32,000 nucleotides of DNA from Candidatus Pelagibacter ubique HTCC1062 (GCF_000012345.1 NC_007205.1:390001-422000), one strand, 5' to 3'; counted from the stretch's first letter, positions 17,382-25,311 are shown. The notes: a model not told the origin generated them from the letters alone. Made by a program: numbers and translations.

Positions 17382-17865
17382 AAGTTAAGAAAAGTTTTAT
17401 AGTTATAGTTGTGATTATTAAAGAGATAAAAATATTTATTGTAGCAAGAGATAATCCTAAAATTTTAAACGTTGCATCTTTACAGCTAACTGTAACCTCT
17501 TTTAGCTGATTTAGAAGAGCTTCTTTAGTCAAATCTGCATTATTAGAATTTAGGTCACAAACTAAAGACTCTTTTATAAAGCCTTGCTCTATTCCAAAAT
17601 GATAAAACGAAATAGAGAATGCTATAATAAATGTAATACTTAAAATTATTAAAAAAAATCTTTCAAACTTTTGAATAAAAATAAAAAGTAAAATTATAAC
17701 TATTGAAACAACATAAGGTATTCTTTCAATTAAACAAAGATTGCACGGTTGATGACCCAAAATATGTTCAATAAAATAGGCTGTTAAAAGAGCAAAAATA
17801 CTGAATAACAATATAAGATGAAGTGTAGTTTTTCGTTTAATCATGTTTGTGTTATTTAATTGCAA
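17365..17865 (-). CDS. DsbB-family disulfide bond formation protein
   Basis: 166 aa with about 4 TM segments. The first loop carries the Cys pair CNLCLIERIPY, and a second Cys pair (C...C) lies in the long loop LVCDLN...VSCKD. Confidence 0.7.
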   Translation of the reverse strand: MQLNNTNMIKRKTTLHLILLFSIFALLTAYFIEHILGHQPCNLCLIERIPYVVSIVIILLFIFIQKFERFFLIILSITFIIAFSISFYHFGIEQGFIKESLVCDLNSNNADLTKEALLNQLKEVTVSCKDATFKILGLSLATINIFISLIITTITIKLFLTYEKNK

Positions 17866-18448
17866 AATATATTAGGGTAAAAATTAATACAATTATAATA
17901 CCTAAAATTGTAAACCATTTTGCAGCATCAGTTTTCATAAACTTGCTAAAAATATCACCAAATTTATATGATAGGTATGAGACGATAAAAAATCTCAACC
18001 CTCTAGAAAATAGACAAATAATGAAAAATATAGGCAAATTAAAACCAATCATACCACTTGTTATTGTGAATACTTTAAAGGGCAAAGGCGTAAACCCAGC
18101 AAGAAATAATGTAGCAAGCCACACATAAAGACCACTTCCCTCAGATAAGCTATTTTTAAGATTAATTACCTTTTCTTCATAATTATAAAATTCTACTACA
18201 ATCATTCCAAGATCAAAAAAATAAGATCCAATGAAATATCCAAGGATACCTCCAAGTGAAGAAAACAAAGTAGCTATTAAAAAAATTTTTAAATAATCAT
18301 TTTTTTTTGCAATAACCATTGGAGCAATCATAACGTCAGGTGGGATTGGAAAAAAAGAACTTTCAGTAAAAGATAAAATTGCAAGATAAGTATTTGACTT
18401 CTTGTGGGCAGCAAGTTTTAAAGTTTTTTGATATAATTCATTAAGCAT
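17852..18448 (-). CDS. DedA/YqaA-family integral membrane protein
   Basis: 198 aa, multi-pass. ESSFFPIPPDVMIAPM is typical of the YqaA/SNARE-associated (DedA) family. Confidence 0.7.
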   Translation of the reverse strand: MLNELYQKTLKLAAHKKSNTYLAILSFTESSFFPIPPDVMIAPMVIAKKNDYLKIFLIATLFSSLGGILGYFIGSYFFDLGMIVVEFYNYEEKVINLKNSLSEGSGLYVWLATLFLAGFTPLPFKVFTITSGMIGFNLPIFFIICLFSRGLRFFIVSYLSYKFGDIFSKFMKTDAAKWFTILGIIIVLIFTLIYFAIK

Positions 18449-18516
18449 TTTTTTGTTTTTAATATAAATTATGTTCTTATACTATTTAATTTTATAGTTA
18501 TAATAAGGAAAACAAA

Positions 18517-18601
18517 GGGCGAGTGGCGGAACTGGTAGACGCGCACGACTCAAAATCGTGTTTCGCAAGAAGTGAGAGTTCGATTCTCTCTTCGCCCACC
18601 A
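18517..18601 (+). tRNA. tRNA-Leu(CAA): tRNA-Leu (anticodon CAA), type II with a long variable arm and encoded CCA
   Basis: Hand-folded. Acceptor GGGCGAG/TTCGCCC (one G-U pair), anticodon stem CACGA/TCGTG with loop CTCAAAA, variable arm TTTCGCAAGAAGT, T-arm GAGAG-TTCGATT-CTCTC, discriminator A plus CCA. It is a GC-rich island in an AT-rich background. Confidence 0.95.
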
Positions 18602-18608
18602 ATATATT

Positions 18609-20315
18609 ATGGAAATAAACAAAATTAATAATTTATTAGAACTATTTTATAAACAGTATCTTACACAAGATAAAACAAGTGTGTTTTTACAATCCTTAAA
18701 AGAAGTTGAAAAAAAATATTCTTGGGAAGATGTATATTCAAATGTCATTAAACTTTCTGAGGAAATATCAAGATATATAAAAAAAGGTGATAGATGCTTG
18801 TTAATATCAGAAAATAGACCAGAGTGGATGATATCAGATTTATCTATTATGCTTTCGGAGGGCATAACAGTTCCGGCTTATACAACTTATGTAGAAAGAG
18901 ACTATGAGTATATAATTGATGATTGCACTCCGACTGTTTTAATCATTTCTAATAAGACACAGTATTTAAAAGTAAAAAATATTATACCTAAAAAAAAATT
19001 TATAAAAAAAATTATTTTTTTTGATGTAATTGAAGAATTTGACCAAGAACTTCATGTAAGTATTAATCAAATTTTTGCTAATAAAAACTTTAATTCCTTA
19101 AATTTTTCTGAATTAAAAATTCAAAGAAAAGATATTGCTTGTATAATTTATACATCTGGTACCCAGGGAAATCCAAAAGGAGTTGTATTAAGCCATGGTG
19201 GAATTTTAAACAATTGTGAGGGAGCCCTTGGTTTATTAAAAGAGTTTGTCTCAAAAAAACCTAAATTTTTGACATGGCTACCCCTTTCTCATTCATATGA
19301 ACATACAGTCCAATTTGTTCAAATAGTCGTGGGAGCACAGGTATTCTATGCTGAGAGTATAGAAAAACTTATAAAAAATATGGAAAATTGTTCACCTGAG
19401 ATAATGACAGCAGTTCCTAGATTTTATCAAAATTTACATCAAAAAATAAATACTAATTTTAGTAAAGCTACAGGAATAAAAAAATTCTTAATCAATCAAA
19501 CTATCAAACTTGGAAATAAGAAATTAAATAGAGTGCAATTTTCATTAATAGAAAGTTTAATAAATTTTGTTTGTGATCTTTTAGTACGAAAGAAAATCAA
19601 AGAACAATTTGGTGGAAATCTAAAGGCATTTATTTCAGGAGGAGGAGCGTTAGACAAAGAAGTGGGTTGCTTTTTAAATGCAATTGGTCTCCCAACGTTA
19701 CAAGGGTACGGATTAACCGAAACATCTCCTGTAGTAAGCTGTAATTCTATTAATGAAATTAGGGTAGAAACTGTGGGCAAACCATTTAGGGGAAATTTAG
19801 TTAAAATTGCAAATGATGGTGAGATTCTGGTTAAAGGAGAAAATGTGATGTTGGGTTACTGGAATAATGAAGAAGAAACAAATAAAGTTTTAAAGAATGG
19901 ATGGTTATCTACAGGTGACATTGGAGAGTTTGATGGCGAGTTTTTAAAAATAACAGATAGAAAAAAAGATATAATTATAACTCCAGGTGGAGATAATATT
20001 TCTCCAATCAAAATAGAGAGTGATTTAAATAAATCTAATTACATAGAGCAAAGTTTAGTTTATGGTGACAACAAACCTTATCTAGTTTGTTTAATTGTTT
20101 TAAGCTCAGAATATAAAAATATAAAGAATGAAGAAATTAAAATAGAAATAGAAAAAATAAATAAAAATTTAAGTAAAATAGAAAAAATAAAAAAGTTTTT
20201 TGTAATTAAAAATCAATTTACAATTGAAAACAATATGATGACCCCTACTTTAAAATTAAAAAGATATAAAATTATAAAAACTTATCAAAATGAGTTAGAA
20301 AAACTTTTTAATTAA
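18609..20315 (+). CDS. Long-chain acyl-CoA synthetase (AMP-forming adenylate-forming enzyme)
   Basis: 568 aa. AMP-binding signature IIYTSGTQGNPKGVVLSH, plus GYGLTETS, TGDIG and ...DRKKDIII. Confidence 0.85.
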   Translation: MEINKINNLLELFYKQYLTQDKTSVFLQSLKEVEKKYSWEDVYSNVIKLSEEISRYIKKGDRCLLISENRPEWMISDLSIMLSEGITVPAYTTYVERDYEYIIDDCTPTVLIISNKTQYLKVKNIIPKKKFIKKIIFFDVIEEFDQELHVSINQIFANKNFNSLNFSELKIQRKDIACIIYTSGTQGNPKGVVLSHGGILNNCEGALGLLKEFVSKKPKFLTWLPLSHSYEHTVQFVQIVVGAQVFYAESIEKLIKNMENCSPEIMTAVPRFYQNLHQKINTNFSKATGIKKFLINQTIKLGNKKLNRVQFSLIESLINFVCDLLVRKKIKEQFGGNLKAFISGGGALDKEVGCFLNAIGLPTLQGYGLTETSPVVSCNSINEIRVETVGKPFRGNLVKIANDGEILVKGENVMLGYWNNEEETNKVLKNGWLSTGDIGEFDGEFLKITDRKKDIIITPGGDNISPIKIESDLNKSNYIEQSLVYGDNKPYLVCLIVLSSEYKNIKNEEIKIEIEKINKNLSKIEKIKKFFVIKNQFTIENNMMTPTLKLKRYKIIKTYQNELEKLFN

Positions 20316-20430
20316 TTTTTATAAAAGACATTATAAGTCGCATAAACGTTAATGTTTTTTACATAACAAAAATTTTAAATAAAAATTTTTTTTAAAAAAT
20401 AAATTTATAATTTGCCAATTAATTAATGAA

Positions 20431-20459
20431 TTGACATCACTTGTATAAAAAAATAAAAA
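20431..20459 (+). promoter_or_regulatory. Candidate promoter for the Lys-rich micro-ORF (TTGACA, 17-nt spacer, TAAAAA)
   Basis: A perfect -35 TTGACA at 20431-20436 and a weak -10-like TAAAAA at 20454-20459. Hexamer matching only, in an AT-rich background. Confidence 0.3.
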
Positions 20460-20460
20460 T

Positions 20461-20495
20461 AAGTTAACAACGAATCACTTTGATTCGTTTAACTT
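20461..20495 (+). promoter_or_regulatory. Extended leader hairpin/palindrome immediately upstream of the Shine-Dalgarno site
   Basis: AACGAATCA (20469-20477), loop CTT, then TGATTCGTT (20481-20489) form a perfect 9-bp stem. It is extended by AAGTTA (20461-20466) pairing with TAACTT (20490-20495) across a 2-nt bulge. Confidence 0.5.
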
Positions 20496-20511
20496 AAACA
20501 GGGAGCTAAAG

Positions 20512-20601
20512 ATGGCTACAAAGAAAAAAGCTAAAAAAGCTAAAAAGAAGACTAAGAAAAAAGCTAAAAAAGCTAAAAAAGCGAAGAAAAGAAAAAGATA
20601 G
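20512..20601 (+). CDS. 29-aa Lys/Ala-rich micro-protein (MATKKKAKKAKKKTKKKAKKAKKAKKRKR), absent from the ORF track
   Basis: The ATG at 20512 is preceded by GGGAG (20501-20505) with a 6-nt spacer, the strongest SD I saw in this window. TAG stop at 20599-20601. A strong intrinsic terminator follows about 15 nt downstream. The coding sequence has a 9-nt (K-K-A) periodicity. No homology can be assessed by eye. Confidence 0.45.
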   Translation: MATKKKAKKAKKKTKKKAKKAKKAKKRKR

Positions 20602-20616
20602 TATCTTAGACTTTTC

Positions 20617-20661
20617 AAAAAACGCTTCTCATAACGTTATGTGTGAGAGGCGTTTTTTTTT
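20617..20661. terminator. Bidirectional rho-independent terminator between the micro-ORF (+) and carD (-)
   Basis: The stem AACGCTTCTCATA (20621-20633) pairs with TGTGAGAGGCGTT (20642-20654): 13 bp including two G-U pairs, with an 8-nt loop. A T-run of 9 follows on the + strand (20553 is not involved; run is 20653-20661). An A-run of 6 precedes it (20617-20622), which gives a U-tract for the minus-strand transcript. Confidence 0.75.
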
Positions 20662-20671
20662 GCCCTAATTT

Positions 20672-21586
20672 TTAATCCTCAGTATCGGTAATTGGCTCTG
20701 AGTCTGTGTCAGATTCTGTGATAGGTTCTTTAATCTTAGTTGGTGCAGCCACAGCTTTTGCTTGGCCCTCCAAATTTCTCTTTAAAGCCTTATCTAATTT
20801 TTTCTGGGTATCTTCTAATGATATACCCATCACTATTTGAAATTCAGATAAAATTCTTTCATAAGCTTTTTCAAACAACTGTCTTTCACTGTATGATTGA
20901 TCAACCATTAAGTCGTCACCTTTATTTAAATCTCTAACAACTTCTGCAAGCTCATAGATTTTGCCTGAAGAAATTTTTGCTTCATATTCCTGTGCTCTTC
21001 TACTCCACATAGATCTTTTAATTTTTGGCTTGCTTTTTAAAATAGATATACATTTATTGACCTGATTTATTGTTGCAAGAGGTCTAAGATGAGATTGCTT
21101 ATTTACAGGAACCATACCATTGGCTTTGTCTTTTTCAAATTTAAGAACATAAGTTTCAACATCAATTCCACCAATGTTAATTTTTTTAAACTCTGTAATT
21201 TGGCCAACGCCATGTTTTGGATAAACAACGTAATCTTTAACTTTATATTCTCTTTTTTCTGTTTCTTGTTTTTTTACCTTTTTAATTTCAGGCTTAACTT
21301 CATTACTTTTTGAAATTCTTAAATTATCAGTTTTAATTTCTACTTTTTCTGGAACAGCTTTTTTAGAGACTGTTTTTAAATTTTTTTTAATTTTAGTTGG
21401 AGTTGCTTTTATTGTTTTAGTTTTTTTTACTGGAATTTTTTTTTTTACAACTTTAGCTTTAGGAAGCGTAGGCTTTTTTGCTACCTTTGCTTTAGTTTTT
21501 TTTTTTACTTTTTTCTCAGGAGTTTTTTTAAAGATTTTCGCTAAAATATTTGTCGTACTTGTTTTCTTCATTTTTATATTTTTCAT
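20672..21586 (-). CDS. carD: CarD/CdnL-family RNA polymerase-binding transcription factor with a Lys-rich N-terminal extension and an acidic C-terminal tail
   Basis: 304 aa. The CarD_CdnL_TRCF module starts near residue 113 ([20 protein letters not shown]...VLKFE...MVPV), followed by the helical C-domain (...[13 protein letters not shown]...AEVVRDL...[11 protein letters not shown]). Residues 1-112 are about 36% Lys by my count (40 K). The tail is ...[14 protein letters not shown]. No ATG, GTG or TTG exists between codon 6 and the domain, so the extension must be translated. Confidence 0.85.
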   Translation of the reverse strand: MKNIKMKKTSTTNILAKIFKKTPEKKVKKKTKAKVAKKPTLPKAKVVKKKIPVKKTKTIKATPTKIKKNLKTVSKKAVPEKVEIKTDNLRISKSNEVKPEIKKVKKQETEKREYKVKDYVVYPKHGVGQITEFKKINIGGIDVETYVLKFEKDKANGMVPVNKQSHLRPLATINQVNKCISILKSKPKIKRSMWSRRAQEYEAKISSGKIYELAEVVRDLNKGDDLMVDQSYSERQLFEKAYERILSEFQIVMGISLEDTQKKLDKALKRNLEGQAKAVAAPTKIKEPITESDTDSEPITDTED

Positions 21587-21854
21587 TATCCTCTGGAGGA
21601 TCTTTTTTAATAGTTATATTTGGCCAAATTTCAGAATACTTTGTATTTAGTTCAAGCCATTTTTCGCTCCCAGACTCAGTATCTGCTACTATCGCATCTA
21701 CTGGACATTCTGGCTCGCAAACGCCACAATCTATACACTCCTCGGGTTTAATTACAAGCATATTTTTGCCTTCATAAAAGCAATCAACAGGACAGACTTC
21801 AACGCAGTCCATTAGTTTACACTTAATACATTTATCATTTACAACGTATGTCAT
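21528..21854 (-). CDS. fdxA: 7Fe ferredoxin ([3Fe-4S][4Fe-4S], FdxA type)
   Basis: 108 aa. [29 protein letters not shown]...[16 protein letters not shown] is the Azotobacter-type 7Fe ferredoxin pattern. fdxA-carD adjacency is typical of alphaproteobacteria. Confidence 0.95.
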   Translation of the reverse strand: MTYVVNDKCIKCKLMDCVEVCPVDCFYEGKNMLVIKPEECIDCGVCEPECPVDAIVADTESGSEKWLELNTKYSEIWPNITIKKDPPEDNEKYKNEENKYDKYFSENL

Positions 21855-22276
21855 TTTCCCAATTCACTTTTTACTTTTAACTTCAAGTCTCCCATTGTCT
21901 TGGCATCCACATATAGTAAACCTGAGAGTCTTCTCATTAAGTTTGTTTCATAAATGTCAGCACTATTGTTTGAATAGATTATTTTCCATAATGACTCAAT
22001 TATTTTAATTTTATCAGAATCTGGAACATTTTTTACTTCTCTTGTAAAATCTAATATTTGATTTGAGTTATCTTCAACAATTATTGCTTCAGACATAATT
22101 TTATCTATCTCAGAGACCGGTGCGCCTAAATCAATAAGCGTTTCTTTAATAATATCTTCTTCTTTTTTTTCATAAGCCTCATCTATTTTTGCTGCATGAA
22201 TTAGCAAGGCAGCAATTTTAGAATAAGAGTTATCCTGAGGTTCATTTTTTTCTTTATTTTTAAAAAAGCTAATCAT
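21851..22276 (-). CDS. TerB-like (DjlA N-terminal/tellurite-resistance TerB fold) small cytoplasmic protein
   Basis: 141 aa. Two helical half-repeats ([24 protein letters not shown]... and [32 protein letters not shown]) fit the TerB-family pattern. The assignment is from pattern memory only. Confidence 0.5.
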   Translation of the reverse strand: MISFFKNKEKNEPQDNSYSKIAALLIHAAKIDEAYEKKEEDIIKETLIDLGAPVSEIDKIMSEAIIVEDNSNQILDFTREVKNVPDSDKIKIIESLWKIIYSNNSADIYETNLMRRLSGLLYVDAKTMGDLKLKVKSELGK

Positions 22277-24756
22277 TAATTCAAATTTAAGTTTTTCAAT
22301 ACTTTAAATGGGCTGTTTGAAGTATCTATTTTTTTAAAAGTTTTTTTAATTTGTTTTTTTGGATTATATCTAAAATACATATCATTGTCTTTTTCTAAAG
22401 TTTTATAATTCATTTTTTCAATCAATTTCTTAAAGTTATCTTTACTACATCCTAATAAATTAAGCATCTCTGGTACTAGTTTAATTTCTTTATCCTTTTC
22501 GGGGCTAGCGTTAATAATTAGCATAAATAATCTCTCTAAGATGTCAATTCTAACAAAATAATTATCAAAATTTTCAAATCCACATAAAAGCATAAATTTT
22601 TTATTTCTTTTATTTTTGTCATCTAAAAAATTTAAACCAAACGTAGGTGGCGTCAACTCAAAATACTTTTGGTTAAAATTTTTCCATAATAAAGTTCTTA
22701 AAGAAACTGCTTCAGGTTTTAATAGTTTGAATAAAAAAATATGATAACGCCCAAACTTCACCCCTAAGTCTCTTAAAATTTTTCTTTCATCTTGCCCAAG
22801 TTTTTTTAAGTATTCGGTAACCATTTCTCTTTTAACTACACCATTGTTTTCATACAATTGATAAGCTAAAGCTTTAATGGATGAGTTACTTTCTTTTAAA
22901 TTTCTTAGATCAATTAAACTTTTTAGTATTAAATTAATTTTTTCATTAACCCATTTTTCAATAAATTCTGATAATTTTTGTTTGTCATTATTTTCTAAAA
23001 GATCATCTACTATTAAAAGTATATCTGGATTTAAATAATCTTTTCCGGTTACTAATTTTGCAATAGGAAAATTTTTCCAATAGATTTTAAAATCATCTTT
23101 TAATTCAATTAGACCTGTTTCTATGATTAACTGAACTCTTTTTTGAAGCTCGGGCCCCACAGTCTGTCTTGCTGCCTTTTTCAATGATTTAATGTCAGTT
23201 TCTAAAGCCCCAACTTTTAAGTCCATTTCAAATTTTAGACCTTTTAAATCACCAATAAACTGCTCATCAATTATTACTTTGTCGTTTTCCATTATTTCAG
23301 TTTTAAAATCCATATCTTGGTTTAAGCCTCTTGCAAGTACGCTGGCTCGTTTATCAATAAATGTTTTTGTAAGTTCTTCATGTAGTCTATCTGATAATCT
23401 ATCTTCTAATAGTTTTGTTTTCTCTATCCAATAATCTTGGTTTTCAACCCAATTAATTTTATTGGAAACATAAGACCAAGTTCTAACATTTGCAATTCTA
23501 TTTGACAAAGAATCTACATTTCCTTCTAATTTATCTAATTTCATCAACTGTAATCTCATATAATCATTGGTAATTTTACCATAATTACTATTTAAAAAAT
23601 TGAATACCTTGCCAACAACTTCAATATGATTTCCATATGTTTTTTTCACAAAGTCTGGAATTTGACAACACTCCCAAAGTAATTCAAGTGTTTCTCTGTT
23701 GTTTTCAATTTTGTTACCTTCCATATCTTTTAAAAAATATTTTAATACTTTTTCATCTCCGCACTCGTGTATTTTCCTTAACCAATCTTTATTGGGTTTT
23801 TCTTCAAGTGATTTAATTAAACTTAAAGCGTTATTAAAATTTAAATTAGAATTTCTCCAAAATAACATTCTAATTTCTTCAAATTTATGATTTTCAAGTA
23901 ATTCTACTTCCTCAGCTGAAATATCTTTGCAGTCTCCAGTCACTCCAAAACTACCATCATTTAAATATCTGCCTGCTCTTCCAGCAATTTGCCCAATCTC
24001 AGACATATTAAGACGTCTTAATTTTTTACCATCAAATTTTTTAAGGTTTGAAAAATATACATTTTCTAAATCCATATTAATTCCCATACCAATTGCATCT
24101 GTAGCAACTAGGAAATCAACATCCCCTGATTGATATAATTCAACCTGTGCATTTCTGGTTTTTGGACTTAGAGAGCCCATAACAATAGCTGCTCCACCTT
24201 TTTGTCTACGTACAAGTTCAGCAATTGCATAAACTTCTTCAGTTGAAAAAGCTATTATTGCAGTTTTTCTATTTATTCTTGATATTTTTTTATGCCCTAC
24301 ATAAGTAAGTTTTGAAAGTCTTTCTCTATTTATAAACTCAGTGTCTTCATTCAATTTATTAACTATATTTTTAATAGTGCTAGATCCCATAAACATCGTT
24401 AGTTTTTCGCCACGAAGATTTAACAATCTATCAGTAAAAATATGACCTCTCTCATGATCTGCACACATTTGTATTTCATCAATACCCACAAAATCTAAAT
24501 GCTTATTGATTGGCATCGATTCTACTGTGCAAAGAAAATATTTTGCATTAGGAGGAATTATTTTTTCTTCACCCGTGATTAATGCAACTTTATCAGAGCT
24601 TATTTTTTTTATAATTTTGTCATATACCTCTCTTGCAAGTAAACGTAATGGAAATCCAATCATTCCCGAATCAAAAGAAAGCATTGTTTCTATTGCAAGA
24701 TAGGTTTTGCCGGTATTTGTTGGACCAAGAACAGCTGTAATTTTATTTTTAGACAT
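22276..24756 (-). CDS. Superfamily-2 helicase, SUV3/MgpS-like, with a long C-terminal extension
   Basis: 826 aa. Contains Walker A GPTNTGKTY, DEIQM (motif II), SAT-like and GRAGR (motif VI) motifs, and VATDAIGMGINMD. Confidence 0.8.
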   Translation of the reverse strand: MSKNKITAVLGPTNTGKTYLAIETMLSFDSGMIGFPLRLLAREVYDKIIKKISSDKVALITGEEKIIPPNAKYFLCTVESMPINKHLDFVGIDEIQMCADHERGHIFTDRLLNLRGEKLTMFMGSSTIKNIVNKLNEDTEFINRERLSKLTYVGHKKISRINRKTAIIAFSTEEVYAIAELVRRQKGGAAIVMGSLSPKTRNAQVELYQSGDVDFLVATDAIGMGINMDLENVYFSNLKKFDGKKLRRLNMSEIGQIAGRAGRYLNDGSFGVTGDCKDISAEEVELLENHKFEEIRMLFWRNSNLNFNNALSLIKSLEEKPNKDWLRKIHECGDEKVLKYFLKDMEGNKIENNRETLELLWECCQIPDFVKKTYGNHIEVVGKVFNFLNSNYGKITNDYMRLQLMKLDKLEGNVDSLSNRIANVRTWSYVSNKINWVENQDYWIEKTKLLEDRLSDRLHEELTKTFIDKRASVLARGLNQDMDFKTEIMENDKVIIDEQFIGDLKGLKFEMDLKVGALETDIKSLKKAARQTVGPELQKRVQLIIETGLIELKDDFKIYWKNFPIAKLVTGKDYLNPDILLIVDDLLENNDKQKLSEFIEKWVNEKINLILKSLIDLRNLKESNSSIKALAYQLYENNGVVKREMVTEYLKKLGQDERKILRDLGVKFGRYHIFLFKLLKPEAVSLRTLLWKNFNQKYFELTPPTFGLNFLDDKNKRNKKFMLLCGFENFDNYFVRIDILERLFMLIINASPEKDKEIKLVPEMLNLLGCSKDNFKKLIEKMNYKTLEKDNDMYFRYNPKKQIKKTFKKIDTSNSPFKVLKNLNLN

Positions 24757-24885
24757 TTCTATTGATGGTACCTTAAATTTTTACTCCACCATATATTGTT
24801 GTCCATAAAGAACAAAAATAGGTTAAAACATGACCGAATCATTAGAGAAAAGTTCTCATTTTAAAGTTTATAAAATTATTAAAAA

Positions 24886-25311
24886 TTAACCACCTGGACC
24901 TAAGTTAGAAGATTTTATTTTTAAAATTTTCCATATACCTGAAGCAGAGGTTATAATTTTATTGTTACATTTTAGTTCACAAAACAAAAATACTAGTGAA
25001 TTTGTTTTTTTTAAAATTCTTGTAAAACCGGTGATTTCATCTCCCACTTTAGATGCACCAATAAATTTTAAGTCTAATGAAATGGTTACACAAGGTGCAT
25101 TACCTGACGCTCTGTGTGCAGCAGTTCCTGCACCTGCATCAATTAAGGCTGATAAATAACCACCATGAGTTATTCCTGCATTATTCAAATGGTTTTCATT
25201 AATTATAGATTTAAACTCATATTCTGTTTCAGACATAGTTCTAAATAAAACACCACCATTGTGTTTCATAAAACCAGATTTAATACTTATTTGTTCAAAT
25301 TCATTACTCAT
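24886..25311 (-). CDS. PaaI/4HBT-family hotdog-fold thioesterase
   Basis: The core is HNGGVLF...NNAGITHGGYLSALIDAGAGTAAH...TISLDLKFIGASKVGDEI. The track ORF starts at 25407, but its first 32 codons are low-complexity AT-rich read-through. I place the start at MSNEFEQ (ATG at 25311). Confidence 0.8.
   Translation of the reverse strand: MSNEFEQISIKSGFMKHNGGVLFRTMSETEYEFKSIINENHLNNAGITHGGYLSALIDAGAGTAAHRASGNAPCVTISLDLKFIGASKVGDEITGFTRILKKTNSLVFLFCELKCNNKIITSASGIWKILKIKSSNLGPGG

Noticed and set aside
18517-18601. The tRNA-Leu and tRNA-Arg (25434-25510) loci as integration sites for a genomic island or prophage.
   Set aside because: There is no integrase, no direct repeat of a tRNA 3' end, no compositional shift and no phage or mobile genes on either side. 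The flanking genes are ordinary metabolic genes packed within 7-122 nt.
20323-20360. A possible terminator after the acyl-CoA synthetase (ACATTA ... TAATGT followed by T6).
   Set aside because: The stem is 6 bp, almost all A-T, with a 16-nt loop. That is too weak to call, although it may contribute together with the flanking A/T runs.
21436-21446. An 11-nt homopolymer (A11 on the coding strand, GTA-AAA-AAA-AAA-ATT) inside the carD Lys-rich region, considered as a programmed slippage or phase-variation site.
   Set aside because: Long A/T runs are common throughout this genome. For example, A10 encodes the conserved QKKNPD motif of argH at 13911-13920, and there are many T8-T10 runs. The tract is in frame, and no alternative frame gives a meaningful product, so I have no evidence for programmed slippage.
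21851-24756. The helicase plus TerB-domain protein (with the HNH nuclease elsewhere at 16281) as an anti-phage defence system or tellurite-resistance operon.
   Set aside because: The helicase-fdxA-carD linkage is a conserved housekeeping arrangement in alphaproteobacteria. There are no TerA/C/D/E/Z partners and no nuclease, methylase or other effector genes adjacent. The HNH gene is 5 kb away in a different transcription unit. Nothing about the composition suggests an accessory island.
24830-24889. A 19-codon ORF (MTESLEKSSHFKVYKIIKN) and a small GAGAA-AAG-TTCTC hairpin in the helicase-thioesterase spacer.
   Set aside because: There is no SD. The ORF overlaps the stop of the PaaI gene on the opposite strand. 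The peptide has no signal or notable composition, and the hairpin is only 5 bp. It is indistinguishable from chance.
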